Source of the DNA: Takakia lepidozioides
Taxonomy: Eukaryota > Plantae > Bryophyta
DNA: 64,000 nucleotides
Reading direction: 5' to 3'
Assembly: GCA_030704615.1 (NCBI GenBank)
Contig: CM060732.1
Coordinates: 21,452,001 to 21,516,000 of the forward strand
Below the pieces are notes generated by a model. It was not told the DNA's origin, did no database searches, and saw nothing but the letters and a program-made list of their open reading frames with translations. The position numbers were made by a program, and so were the translations under genes. Positions 36,400 through 49,329 of the stretch are shown in pieces (positions within the stretch are counted from its first letter, which is position 1; each line of letters starts with the position of its first letter).

Positions 36400-38990
36400 A
36401 GGATTCTCTAAACATTATCGGGTGACATGAATGCTTCCATGGGTGACAGAGGGGGCTTGTCGAGGTTGCAATACCGATCAGCAAGCTCTTCAAACTTTGC
36501 TTGCTGAATGACCCCATATGTCAACAGGCACTCCACCAACTCATCAACCAGGGTCCACTTCTGCTGGAAACACTGTACCACAAAGAGTGTCAGTTTGTGC
36601 TCTAGATGTGTGGACGTTACCTTGACACTGGTTAACATGCTTCTGGGCAAATATAGGAAACTCGAAATATTTTCCTGTAGCATTGCAAGGGGAGGTTCAC
36701 ACCGGACACTTCCAGGTGCTCTACTTCATATGAAGTCTGATTGCTTGTTGGATTAAAATCCTAGTCAAGCCAGTAGGAATGATCTAGGATAACTAGGTAC
36801 AACCATAAGGGTGTCCATCGAAGTCACAGTGGGGACAAATCCTAGCTACTCAAACAACAGTAGTAAAAAGCATTTCAGACTACACGTTCAAACGCCCTCT
36901 ATTGGTATATGGAAATCTATCCCTGGATGATGGCTTGGGGCGCCCTGTAGTTTGGGAAATGAAGGGGGCGTGCAATAAAAATTTGGGGCAAATAGCATTG
37001 AGGGCACCAGTTAAAACTAAAATGGTGACCCAATCCTTAAGCTCCATGACAACTTTAGGTGGCTTGCTGACAAGCTGCGCAACTACTTGCACGCAACTGG
37101 GAAAATGACCACCAGATGTAAAGCTATGGACAACGTCTGCCTAAAGTACAATCAGTGGCTCAAGGAAAGTATGGAAAAAGGTGAAGTACTGTCATGACTT
37201 CATGCAGGCATACTTGTGCCCTGTGGTCTGCCTCACCCGCCCGCCCTTCTGCTGGACTGATATTCCCTTGCAAAACACTTCAAGGACTACTTGTCGAATG
37301 CCTGCATAGGATACCCTCATGTGTGCCAAAGGTTAGCAATTTAGTCCTAGCTACCCTGTCAGGTGTGTACTGGGCAAGTGGCATAACATTATGCATGGAT
37401 TAGATGCTTGACTGGGATCTTTAATCCTAACTGGAGTGCTTCTTACGGATGCCAGTTCCAGCCCATCATATCTCAGTGTTCGTCTCTTCCATCAGTAATG
37501 GCTAAATAGACGGATTGACTCCGGCGAACAGCAGAGCCCCAGCTTCCTCCTCTCTCTCTATCATGTGCGGTCGTCTGATTGGCTTTGTTTTCTTTGTTTA
37601 CCGAGGTATGTTAGGGTTAGGGCAAGGGTTTGGAGGTTCTGTGGGCTTGAAGTACACTATCACACCCACCACTTTGCCCAGATGAGCCCAGGGGATCGTT
37701 AACCCAAACGTGCACAATCGGCACGGATACGTTGGGCTGACAGTTGTAGTCTCCCTTGAGTTTTGGACATTTTTCAGTGAGAATCTTGATTGAATAGCAT
37801 CTATGGAGGTAGTACCGAGGATTCTCGCAAGATACTGCACATGTTAGCTTCATGGACGTGGAAAAAAAGTGAACCTTTTGAATTCCATGACAGCAGCATT
37901 TGAAAGCCGTGGGACTCTGCTTTAGAGGTACATACTCCCTACCTCGCCCCCATAAGCTGTCATGCATTCTCGCGCCTTCAAGCTTTGGGTTTCCTCCACC
38001 CCCACTGGCGTGATGCCTGAAATGTGACTTTGGCGCTAGCGTCTGACAATCAAAAACAAAAGATCGGGATAAATTACTGTCTGTCTGCGCCTTCTCATAC
38101 ACGGTTCTTCCCATCCTCTTTAGCTTGGCAAACTGTCTATCAAATGACTCAGATGGTAGTGGAGTGCCAGGAGCATTGAAAGGGCTTCCATACCCACTCA
38201 CACAGGTCCACAGACTAAAGAGTGAAAATGCAAGAAAGAAAGGGTTTGCTAAGCACCGGAGAGATGGCAGTGCTTCTGTAATCCACAGTGCCTCCTCTGC
38301 TGCCCTCGCAAGTTGGTAAGTTTTCAACTTCAACCTCCCTCAAGCCGGCAGCTGTAAGTCATCAGGGATGTGTAATGTAAAAGGTTGTCATCCAATAGAT
38401 AGCCTTTATAGTGGTTAGGCCATAATGCCATTCCACTAGAGACGGGAGGTATTCAAAACATCAAAAAGGGGTCCACCTTCCCCATCAGAAGGCAGGTAGC
38501 CCTTCGGTTTCAAGAGAAACAGTAAGTTACCCTTGTGTGGAGAGGAGTCCACATTCATTATTTCCCTTTAAGTGACCTTCTTTTCCATAAAAGAACAGGG
38601 TATCATGTAGAATACCCTGAGAACAACACCGGGATCAACAGGTTTCTCAACAATGTTGGATCGCCTGAAACCTTGAAATATGAGAGAGAGTTGGGGGAAA
38701 TCACAGCCTCTTCTCATGTCCTTGAAATAACGAACTTACTCTATTATAAGTGAGCAGCTTGAAAAGCCTCCTATAGGGGAAGAACCAAGTTAAGTAACAG
38801 GGAATAGTTCAGATGCATTTTTCTCGTCTGTGAGTAGGTATATCCCTTCTGGGGACAGTACTGGACGGTACTGTGGGAAAAACGACAATTTTCCCAGTCG
38901 AGGAGCACCACGCACTTCAACAGGTACTTATTATGGACCAAAGTTGACATCCCTTGCTTCTGTGAGTGCTAGAAAGCTGTTGAGGGATGG
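36400..38990 (-). mobile_element. Highly decayed retroelement (probably LINE) remnants
   Basis: Fragmentary frames (36880-37092, 37617-38333) with weak endonuclease/ORF1-like character. No intact motif set. Confidence 0.3.
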
Positions 38991-39003
38991 GATTGATAGG
39001 GTC

Positions 39004-39829
39004 CAGTGTTGTGCGGGTTGAGCCTTTTTACGGAACCCGCCAGGGTACGGGTATTTTTCTGGAGCCTAGTCCGGGTCCGGATCCGGGTTTCTGAAATTTG
39101 AAAAATCCCGGTCCGGGTTCGGGTCCGGGTTTCTCAACACGGACTCGGGTTCGGGTCCAGGTAGTTGTTGGAAAATATTAGCGGGTTCACGGGTTCGGAT
39201 CCGGGTCCTAGTTAATTTATTAAATAAATTAGAAAAAAATAAGATTAATTAGGGATAAACTTATTTTTGGCTGAAATAAAATTAAATCCTAATAATGAAT
39301 TCACATTCCTTCAATATGTATTGCTCATTTAACACAAGAATTAAAATAGAAATTGAGTTCCATTCTTCAATATCAATTCTGAAACATGTTAACAATAGTA
39401 ATATGCCTCAAGGCTCATAGATCACTATAGCATGGATGTGTGGGAGCCAGCCTCATAATAATAATATATGACGCCTCCTTCGGGAGGCATAAATTATGGT
39501 GTCACTCGACCGAAGGGGCACAACTTTGTGACACCAATCCGTGGATTGAACCCACAACCACTTTTTAGGTGGCATGTGGCCATTTCCACTGGGCTACAAC
39601 TTGGAGGGGGCAGGCACGCTGCTGCAGCGGCCTATTGCTCGACACATTGCACATCTAAGGTGGACCCCGCGTGCCCCACCTGATATTAAGACCCGGACCG
39701 GTTCCGGGATCATTTTAGAAATGAATCCTCGGTCAGGGTCCGGGTTTTTGCTGACAGCACGGGTCCGGGTGCGGGTCCGGGTAACACGGATCCTAACCCA
39801 CCGTCAAAACCCGGACCCGCACAACACTG
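39004..39829. mobile_element. hAT-type MITE with GGGTCC/GGGTTC subterminal repeats
   Basis: TIR CAGTGTTGTGCGGGT ... ACCCGCACAACACTG. The flanking 8-mers do not match, so no TSD is seen. Confidence 0.8.
39455..39604 (-). mobile_element. tRNA-derived SINE copy, inside the hAT MITE
   Basis: Minus strand CCAAGTTGTAGCCCAGTGG (A box), GGGTTCAATCC (B box), terminal hairpin and TAT tail. Homologous to 57548-57722 and 63388-63560. Confidence 0.8.
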
Positions 39830-40929
39830 GTTTAATCCCCCAACACTCTTCCAAATTGTCGATGGCCACAGGTCGTTAGTAACTAATTCATTTGGTCAGT
39901 TTCGGAAAAGCGGACACTGTGGGAACAGCTAATAGCGTGGGGCCACGGGAGGTTAACGAAGTGGGTCGAGTGGATGTGGACACTTGTACTATAACGTGGT
40001 TGGAAGTGCCAATGGGCTTGTAGGTAGGGTTGCAGGGTTTTTCTTTATAGGGCATGGCGGTGGGCCCCCTTCTAGAAGGCAAGGCTCCACCACCGCCGGG
40101 AGACACTATATAAGGAGGGTAAGGGGTATACAATTTATTTGGTTTCTTTCGGCTCCCTTCGGTGAAGCAGAGCCCCCTTTAGAAAATAAAAATTTGGAAC
40201 CTGAACCATCATCTGAACATGTGGGACATGGAAAGGATGACTGTTAAATAGTTTATGAAAACCAGTATTGTCACGTGTAAACGGTGGACATATTCTACAG
40301 GTTTAATGTGAATGTGTAAACTGTAAACCTGTAAACCTTCCTGTTATCATCACAATCCAAAAACTACCTCTCATAAAATTGTTCTGATTTTTCAACTACC
40401 CATATAGCTCGGCGAACATGTGTGGGCACAGACATGTCTGAACAACTTGGGTGCGGAAGAGGTTTGTCATGGGTTTGTCGAACGACTGCACATGCTCATC
40501 AGGCCACAAATGGCAGATGTGCTGCACATGTGCTTAGAGAGTGAAAGAAGATGATCAAAGAAAGAGAAATGCAACGGGTTCGTTCACCCTTCCAGTTGAT
40601 GGGCACTTAGAGGAAGTGTCTAGACCTTCACTTTCTTCACGGAGGTGGGCAACCAGCATGTACTGGAAGTTGCCAGCAGCAGCCATGTACAAGGTGTGCA
40701 TGTCAACTTAAAAACTGCAGCTCATAGATACTTCGAAATTCAAAAGACGATCAACTACAGAAATTGGCAACGTTGTAACTATAATATATTGATCAGTGGT
40801 AAGTCTACGCGAGACTTCCGTTTAAGTAGTTATTTTATTGGAGAAAGGAGATAGATGCCCTCGATTTGCATTGAGGAAGCAAGGTTAACGCATCCTAAGC
40901 ATCACCCTTGCAGAAACGTCCTGGGGCTG

Positions 40930-41200
40930 GGAACCCAAATTTTATTTATCCCATGGTTATGTGAAGGAATGCCTCGAACATAGAACATCATAATCCTGAG
41001 AAGCTCAAAACATGTGTGAAGGATCAACTCTTGTAAGCTTCAATCAGCGGCTGGATTCCAAAGGTGTATATATTATTTGGAGAACGGGAGCTGCACCGAG
41101 TTGATTGTCTGAAAACCAGCAGCAGCTAGGAGAAGCCGGTACTGCTCCTTTGTTCTCTCCTTGCTGCCTTGGCTTTGTGTCATCATAAGGAGTTGAGATC
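40930..41200 (-). pseudogene. 3' fragment of an O-methyltransferase paralog (end of last exon plus 3' UTR), inverted
   Basis: LLMMTQSQGSKERTKEQYRLLLAAAGFQTIN aligns with 36090-36256, and GCTTACAAGAGTTGATC..CACATGTTTTGAGCTTCTCA matches the OMT stop and UTR. Confidence 0.88.
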
Positions 41201-41499
41201 CAACAGTTTCGATGTTTGCAAAGCATAGTCTCACAACAGGAAATTGGATTCCAAGTAGAATCGTGGGACATTTTAGGAGCAGAGAGCAAATTTGGGTCAT
41301 TTACCCACCTAAATTTAGAAAAAAAATAGCCCCACCCAAGTTTTGATCTTTCACTCTGAAATTTTGAGAGAACACCTGCCATGTGCCCCTAATTGTGAAA
41401 GTGAAGGTTATTCATCCAAGAAAAATTTGCAACTTGCAAAATTTCCTTGGTCAAACGAAATTTTGTGATGCAATTTTCATTTGGGTTCCAAATTGTTCC

Positions 41500-41960
41500 A
41501 CTGATGAACAGCGTTTTGAACCAGTTCTGCTAAGGCTTAGCAACAAGCTCGCTTTTTGGAGCTCGGCAATGCAGTCTATCGTTGGCAGAGCCCTGGTGCT
41601 TAAGCAGGTGTTGCTCGCCTCCATATGGTTCCCGGCTTCGGTTTGGTCCCTTGGCTCAAAACTTGTAGCGAAAATCAGATCACTCATGCGGAACTTCCTT
41701 TGGGGGCTCTCCACGATCTCCGTCTCGCAGAGCGCTGGTCTCCCGGGCTCAGCTTTGTCGCGCAAAATAGAAAGGAGGGCTTGGGGATCCTTGACCCCGA
41801 GGCGCAAATCAAATCGCTCCTAGCTAAATGGGTTCCCCGCTCTCTTTCCCACGTCAGCCCCTGGTGCAAGCTCATCAGATCGCATTTGTTTATTCCTCCC
41901 CACTCATCTCTGAAATGGCTGGTGCACGGTACTGCAAAATCTCAATGGGGTGAACCATGG
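41500..41960 (+). mobile_element. LINE ORF2 fragment (post-RT region)
   Basis: KLAFWSS..SIVGRALVLKQVLLASIWF, RNFLWG, EGLGILD and SLLAKW. Confidence 0.85.
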
Positions 41961-42454
41961 TGCTTCTTGGGTCAGTTCGCTGCAAGGCCTTACTGGTGTC
42001 TATGTGATTCTGCTAGTGCCGTTCAGTGTCCCCATTTGTGCAATTGTCGTGGGGAAGAATATTATTTTGCCAAAAACAATGTCTTGCCTTGATATTACTG
42101 ATTGTTATGAAAAGGGCGCGACAACTGTCCAGTGTTGGAAGCTCAGAGATAGTAACTAATTGCAGATAGTTTGCATTTACTGGATAATGTGGGCTCAATA
42201 TTGGAAAACACTTTCATACAAAGTTTCCAATACTAACATTTTAGAAATGCCCCTCCACTGTCCACACCATGCTCTGCAGATGGCACTGGAACTCACCAAT
42301 TAAAATTGAAAACCCGCACACACATGAGAATCCCAAGGTTTATTAACCTTGGAGGTCACAAATTAGATGACATAGCTGGGCCATCCATGAACTAAGCCTT
42401 GCCCCTTTGCATTTGAAGCAACTTATCTAGCAACTTCCATGCGTATTACTAATT

Positions 42455-44870
42455 TCACCAGTAATCCCCACAAGAACAAATCCCATCTTGAAAGTGATGG
42501 AAGCGGTTGGCATCACGCACAACAACTCTTCTCCCAACAATCTTTGATATAAACTTGGTGGCAGTGTGGCAGTCGCCACACACACGGAGGTTCTTGATAA
42601 TGTGGATAGGCATGCCAGGAGGTGTGCTGATGAGCCCAAAAGCAATGGCCAGTTTTTCACTGTGGTACCAAAGCGAAAATTCCTTTCGCTCCTCCTCCAC
42701 ATCATGCAATACAAAGCTCGTGTCAGGAACATACCCAGCTTCCTTCATCTCCCTTGACAGTCTTGTCAGCTCAGCATGGATCTCCTGAATTCGTGGATGG
42801 ACTTTGTCTTCTACAACGAATGTATGCACCTGGTTGTTGACCTCGATGCAGCTGCGCCCAGGCTCTTTTCTGACACCTCTCTCCTCCATCATCTTTCTGA
42901 CAATTGCTTTTTCCTCCCACCTACCAGCTGCAGCATAGATGTTTGATAGCAGTACATAACTGGAAGCTCGCTGTGGGTCACACTTGATAAGACTTTTTGC
43001 TGCACGTTCTGCTAGCACCACATTACCATGAATTCTGCAGGCACCAAGTGTGGCCCCCCACACCGAAGCACTTGGCTCAATTTGCATCTTGTTAATGAAG
43101 TCCTCAGCCTCATCTAATCGTCCTGCACGACCAAGAAGGTCCACCATGCAGCCAAAATGCTCTACTGTAGGAGTTAGGCCATGATCTTCACTCATAGAGT
43201 CAAAGTAGCGACGGCCTTCTTTTACTAGGCCTGCATGACTACATGAAGAGAGAAGAGATATAAATGTGATAATTTGTGAAGGCCTCCCTACACCGTCCAT
43301 GCTGACCATATCCTGCAATCATAGCATTCCATGAGACCACATCTCGTTGGGCCATATTGTTGAATACTCGGTGAGCATCCTCCAAGCTTCCGCATTTTGC
43401 ATACATGTCAGCAAGGGCAGTCTCCAGAACGATATCTAACGGAATTCCACTTTTGATGATGTCTGCATGGACCAATTTGCCCTTTTCCGCAGCTCCTAGG
43501 CTGGCACATGCATTGAGAATACAAGTAAAAGTGACACTGTCAGGCACCACCCCTTCCTCTTGCATTTTTCCATAGATATGAAAAGCTTCCCGTGCATACT
43601 CCTGTGCATTCTCCATGCTCCCACATTTGGCATACATGTCAACAAGGGCAGTATCCAGAATGATATCTGGCATAGCTCCAGCTTTGATGATGTCAGCATG
43701 GACATTTTTGCCCTTTTCCACCGCTCTTAGGCTAGCACACACATTCAGAACACAAATGAATGTGACCCTGTTGGGCAACACCCCTTCCCGTTGCATTTGC
43801 TCATAGATCTGGAAAGCATCCCTACCAAACCCATGCTGGGCATATCCTGCAATCATCGCATTGAAAGTAATCACATTTCGCTTAGCCATGTTGTCAAACA
43901 CTTGACGTCCATCCTTTATACTACCGCATTTGAAATACATATCAGCAAGAGAAGTTTCCAGAATGAAATCAGGTGCAATTCCAGCTTTGATAAAATCAGC
44001 ATGGACTTCCTTGCCTTGTTCCAGGATTCCAAGGCTGGCACATGCATTGAGAACACTAATGAATGTGACCTTGTCAGGTTTCACCCCCTCCCCTATCATC
44101 TGCTCATAGATCTCAAAAGCCTCTCTACCACACCCCTGCTGAGCATATCCTGCAATCATTGCGTTCCATGAGACCACATTTCGTTTAGCCATTTTGTCAA
44201 ACACTCGACGTGCGTCCTTCACGCTCCCGCATTTGGCATACATGTCAGCAAGGGCAGTCTCCAGAATTATGTCTGGCACAATTCCAGCTTTAAGGATGTC
44301 AGCGTGGACTTTTTTGCCCTTCTCCACAGCTCCTAGGCTGGCACACACATTGACAATGCAAGTGAATGTGACCTTATTGGGCTTCACCCCTTGCCTTATC
44401 ATTCGCTCATAGATCTCAAATGCTTCTTCACCACACCCATGTCTGGCATATCCTACCATCATCATACTCCAGGTAACCATATCTCGCTCAGACATTTTGT
44501 CAAATACTTGGCGTGAATCCGCCACACTCCCACAATTGGCATACATGTTGACAAGGGTGTTCTGTAAAAAGATGTTTGGCTTGAATCCATTTTGGATAAT
44601 GTGGGCATGCACGTGCTTTCCAGCTGCAAGGTCTTTAATTTTTATGCATTCCTGCAAAAGACAGACATAAGTATGGGAATCTGCCAAAATCCCTCGTTGC
44701 TTTAAAATGTGCAGGGCCCCCTTCAGTTGCCCAGACTTACATAGTGCCTTGATATTCTCAGAAGTGCCCAAAGAGTTCTTGTTGACTCCCTCTCTTGGTC
44801 CTCTTTCAGAACTGGTGCTGATGGTGGAGGTGCCTGATTTAGACAATTGGGCGGGATTCAACCCTGCCAT
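42455..44870 (-). pseudogene. PLS-class PPR-E-DYW editing factor, frameshifted at about 43278
   Basis: ORF 43239-44870 holds the PLS motifs. ORF 42455-43318 holds L2/S2-E1-E2-DYW (KEPGRS, HSEKLA, CGDCH, CSCGDYW). A deletion after GRCREAF shifts the frame, and an in-frame motif deletion lies at about 43605. Confidence 0.92.
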
Positions 44871-45791
44871 CCTGCGGAACTCAAAACTTCTAGTTACAGA
44901 ACTAGAAGCTTAAACTCGCGAAATACATTCCAAGCTTCAAACATGCTTCATTGAAAAGTCATGGTATCAGTACTCAGAGAGTTGGTGCTCCAGGAGAAAC
45001 CAAATACCCAATCAATATACCAATAATTAAGTCTCCTGTGAACTGGTGGAATACATCGCATCAACGAGCAACCCCACCCCGAATAGAGGGAGCGAACCAT
45101 GATGGTTCACCCTCACGAGAACGGACCAGAGCGTGCACGGCACAAAGGAGGAGAAAAAGTACCGATGACTACAGAACACAGAAGAGGAACTGGTTCCGTT
45201 CACAGGTGCCATGCTGCAGATGCGTCACCGCCATCCCTCCACTGGAAAGACCCACCTCCAGATTCGATCCTCAGCAGTGTTGCAAAGTAGAGCACACAGA
45301 TGCAAACAGGGATCTGAACCCTGCACTTTCCCAATTCTTCTCTGACAAGAGCGTTGATTCTTGCTGCCACTGTCATCCATCTTCATCCATTCTCCACCCT
45401 ATCAGGATGTCATCTCTAAGGATTTCTCTGAAGCGTATCTCAAAAAGTGCAGAAGACAAAAGGGTCTCTTGGATCCTGCTATTCCAGAAGAGGGGCTTCA
45501 GGTTCTGGAGGTTCAGAAAGGTTGTGTTGATTGCGGAGAGAGTGGGCGTTCTTTCTATTTCTCCATCGCGGAACGTTTACTCCTTTACACGATCTGTGCG
45601 ATGATAGCTTGTGTAGGAGAAATATCTTTTTTTCTTCAAGAGGGATTTCGCCTTTTTCCGGAAGTGGGTTTGTTCGCGTTCCACATAGAGGGACCCTATT
45701 CTCACCGGCTCTTTGTACAACCTCTGTTTCTTTCTCTTCAGCGTGAAGCAGAGAGCAGGAGATAAGTAGAGACAGTTTTCGAAAGGATAGT

Positions 45792-47271
45792 ATGATGAGG
45801 CAGGCAGAGCAATGCTCACCGGGTGGCACGTCCAAGGCTGCCCTTTCGGATCGGTTGCAAGGATTGAAGTTCATGCAGAGAGCACGGGCAAGGGAGGAAA
45901 CAGTACGAAAGGAGGATGAGGAAGAGTTAGAATTAAACGACAGCCAATGGGTAACCCCGGGGCAGGGTATGGCCGCTTCTTCGAACAAGTGTGTCGTGAT
46001 TGTGGAAGGAGACCCGAAGCCGGGTGCTTTGTTGGGCAGGATGTCATTCCAGAACTTCAATCCATCAGTGGAGAAGATTGTGGAGGAGGTGGAAGCCAGG
46101 CGACGACGACTGAGGTGGGTAGTGATCTCTTCTGTTACAAAAATGTTGAGCCTGAGCTTCTGTTTGTGGCAGGATTGCCTTTTCTGAAAGGGTCCAAGTT
46201 GCGGTTGGATTTTACCGTTTTGTTCGTTGTTTGGCTTCATTTGTCGGAAGAATCCTGCATTTTCAATTTATCGAGAGAGATTCACGTCCACACTTATTGT
46301 GAGGAGGGAAGCTGTCGATACTGCACCCAATCGAGAGAGACAGAGGTATATAAGACTGAGCGGGCTTCACCGGCCATGCATACGGAAACCCCTAGCAAAT
46401 ATGGCCAGGTTTGTTGACAGTCTTACTATAAAACTGTCATTCCTCCCACAGCGGCTGATTTGATGTCATGGAGAGTTGATACCAAACACAAGTCTGACAT
46501 AGGGGAAGGAGAGACTTGACCCTGCTCCCTGTTGCTCCATCCACGAGGCCTATAGTGCAGCCTCCAAATCCTGTCAGAAACAGGCATAGGAATGTTAGGT
46601 CTATGATGATTTACAAGAGTATAGTCTTTAAATCATTCTCTATCCAACTCTCTATATCCGGGGTATTCTCATCAGAGAGCAACCCTCTTCAGGACCTCTG
46701 TTCCCCAACTTTCAAACTCTTGAGGCTGAGCCTAAAGTCCTGGCCTGTTGGGGTCCAATTGCTAGGCAGCTCACACACAGCAGATTGATGCTTGTGTGAA
46801 GGGCTTTCTAGAGGAAATCTGGAAAGCCCAAACCAATTGTTTATACCAAGGTAAGTCCCACTACTGAGGTAGTGTATGTTCCCTCTTCCGCCCAAACTCG
46901 CATGGGGTCTATGTCCACAATGCTACGGCAAACAACGGCTCATTAGTACATTCTCTCTTAACTCTCTCCTTTTGCAATCAAACTCACATCTCACGTCTTA
47001 CAGGCTCTCTTCTAGCTCTTCAAATGGTGAGAGCAATAATACGCAGGGCAAGGACAGAAAGACCGCAACAGCAGCCGATGATGACCAAGTATCCCTTAGA
47101 AAGAAGCAAAAAACAGAGACTCTTGTAAAAAGAGAGGTTTCCAGTGGATCCTCGCATTCAAGTCAAAACCCTAGCCTACTTGTTGACGATGTGAAGCTGT
47201 CACAACATCTTGAAAGCAAGAAAGGTCAGCAAGGGAGAGATTGGCGGCATTTGAGGCCACCTGGCAACTAG
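45792..47271 (+). CDS. MPP6: M-phase phosphoprotein 6 homolog (nuclear exosome cofactor); exons 45792-46114 and 47004-47271 (196 aa)
   Basis: LS..LQGLKFMQR, W, KCVVIVEGDPKPGALLGRMSFQNFNPSVEK and C-terminal LRPP. A phase-2 GT-AG intron joins the two ORFs in frame. Confidence 0.85.
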
Positions 47272-49329
47272 GCTTTACAGCAAACATGGATTTTGACAGG
47301 AGATGGATATGAAAGGAAGGTTAGTCTAGCCAAAGAGGCAGGAAACAAGTGTGATGTGCAGATGTCACTAGCTCTGCGAGAGCATGCGCATTTCCAGGCC
47401 TGCTCACGGAAAAATGTACGAAAGCTTTCCCAGTCATACTGGTACTCTCTTCTTGATTCGAGCATACGTGGGTTGCACACAAAAGCTGGCTGCTGCAGGT
47501 TTCCTTCTCAAACCTACTGGGCAGATAGTGGGTCTAGGTAATCGATTGGCCAGAGGTTCCAGTTGGTAGACTCAATCCACCTCACTACCAGAAGTGCATC
47601 CAGGACAACCTCCTACAGTCACGATATAGGGGGTTACATATGTACTATACTTGTCAGACTTTGTCCAGCCTGCTGGTCTAAACTGCTCGCAGAAATTGGG
47701 TGGAGAGTAATTGTGGTCTAGCAGAATAGAGTGGTTAAGTAGATTGCCATGTAAGACAGGAAAGGGAAGAGTCTTCTTCCTCAACCGGTTCAATGACGAT
47801 ACTGCCCTCTTCAATCATGGCAGGCTAAAATGGAATTTTGGAAGGGGGTAGTTTCATGTACATGAGGGGACGCGTTCCAAACCAAGATTTCAACATGGCA
47901 TATTTCAGTCTTCCTGTCAGCTTTCACCCTCCCAGAGATGGTTGTGCTAGTTTCTCTCAGCAGAATCAGAATGTACTTAAGACATTGTTTGCCATAGCCT
48001 ACATTGTAGAACTAGAGATATGAGGACTGTGCAGGCAAAGAAGATTGTTCATTACAAATGAGGATAACTCCCACCATCTGGTCCATCAGTTTCTCATGCA
48101 TGATATGCTCCTGCAAGGGGCCTGCAAGTCATATGGAGGTCTAATATGTTGTCAGCATATGCTGTGTGCCTAGTCAGGACACTTGAAGTATGCTTGTAAT
48201 GAGTTTCCATATCTGCTCAGAGTGTTCTGATGATCCAGTGTTCACAGTTTGACTAGCTTGACACATAGAGCAGATAAGCTTACAGAGGCAGCAGTGCTTA
48301 TTCAGGTCACTTGACTGTAAGAACCATCCATTGCAGCCCCTGGAAATTGAAACTGCTTGTGTAAGAGTGCTGATGTCAACGATGCATGCTTGAGTCTCTC
48401 ACTTCCTACACTTGATTGGTTAGTTGACTTCAAAACTCTCCTGATCATGTTGCTGCAGACCTTATAAGGTGACGCACACAAGTAAAAGTTTGTTCATAAT
48501 AGAAGCTAGAGGACCATGGAGGTATACATCCACATACAGCCTCAACTCTCTCCACAGGGGCCCCCAGTACCCTCCAACCTCATCACCAAATGCTTAATAG
48601 ATATCCACCTCGCTGACATCATGTCGCTCATAGCTATCATTCAACAAGCGTAAACTTGAACACCACTAAACAACTCCTTCCTGTACTCCGCAACCAAGGC
48701 ATAGCAACCCCGTCCATGCGCCCGGCCACTTCACCTTGCGCAACCCCATCCATTTGTTGCATCCTACAGGTGGTTTCCCCATCCCTTCCGCTGCAGCTAG
48801 GGCGTGCATAGCGTAAGTGACGCCGCTTTTCATCCTACAGATGCTGAAAGAAATTCGAAGTACCCATCTTACTCAGAGTATTCACCATGTTGGTCACAAA
48901 TGCTGTGATAGATACTAATCATTTACTCTTCCGAAATGGTTTTCCTTTTTCATGGCCATTTATCACTTGCCATCAATCTTTGGGGTAGAGTGACCGGCCC
49001 AGCTATACATTAAACTGTGTCATCATAGATAGATCACGTAATCTGTACACTTCCCAGCCTAATGCGTTCTGATACACTGTTTGTAAGCATCTCTGTTGGC
49101 TATGACGATCCGCTATGCTCGGCTTCACCCCCGGAGCTCTATGCATACAAAAGTTACATCCCTCTCTTCGACTATATAATATATGCCTCAGAGATCTGAA
49201 TATCGAAAACTAACAGACCTACCAGACTTCCGACCTGTAACACTACGTAATAGCATCTGTAGTGAGTAGTGACTAATAACTTAGTTAGATACTAGTCAGC
49301 TTGCTTTAGTGCCTGCTTGTATGTTCTTG

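Noticed and set aside
45479-46240. 253-aa minus-strand ORF
   Set aside because: It is antisense to MPP6 exon 1 and has no recognisable motif.
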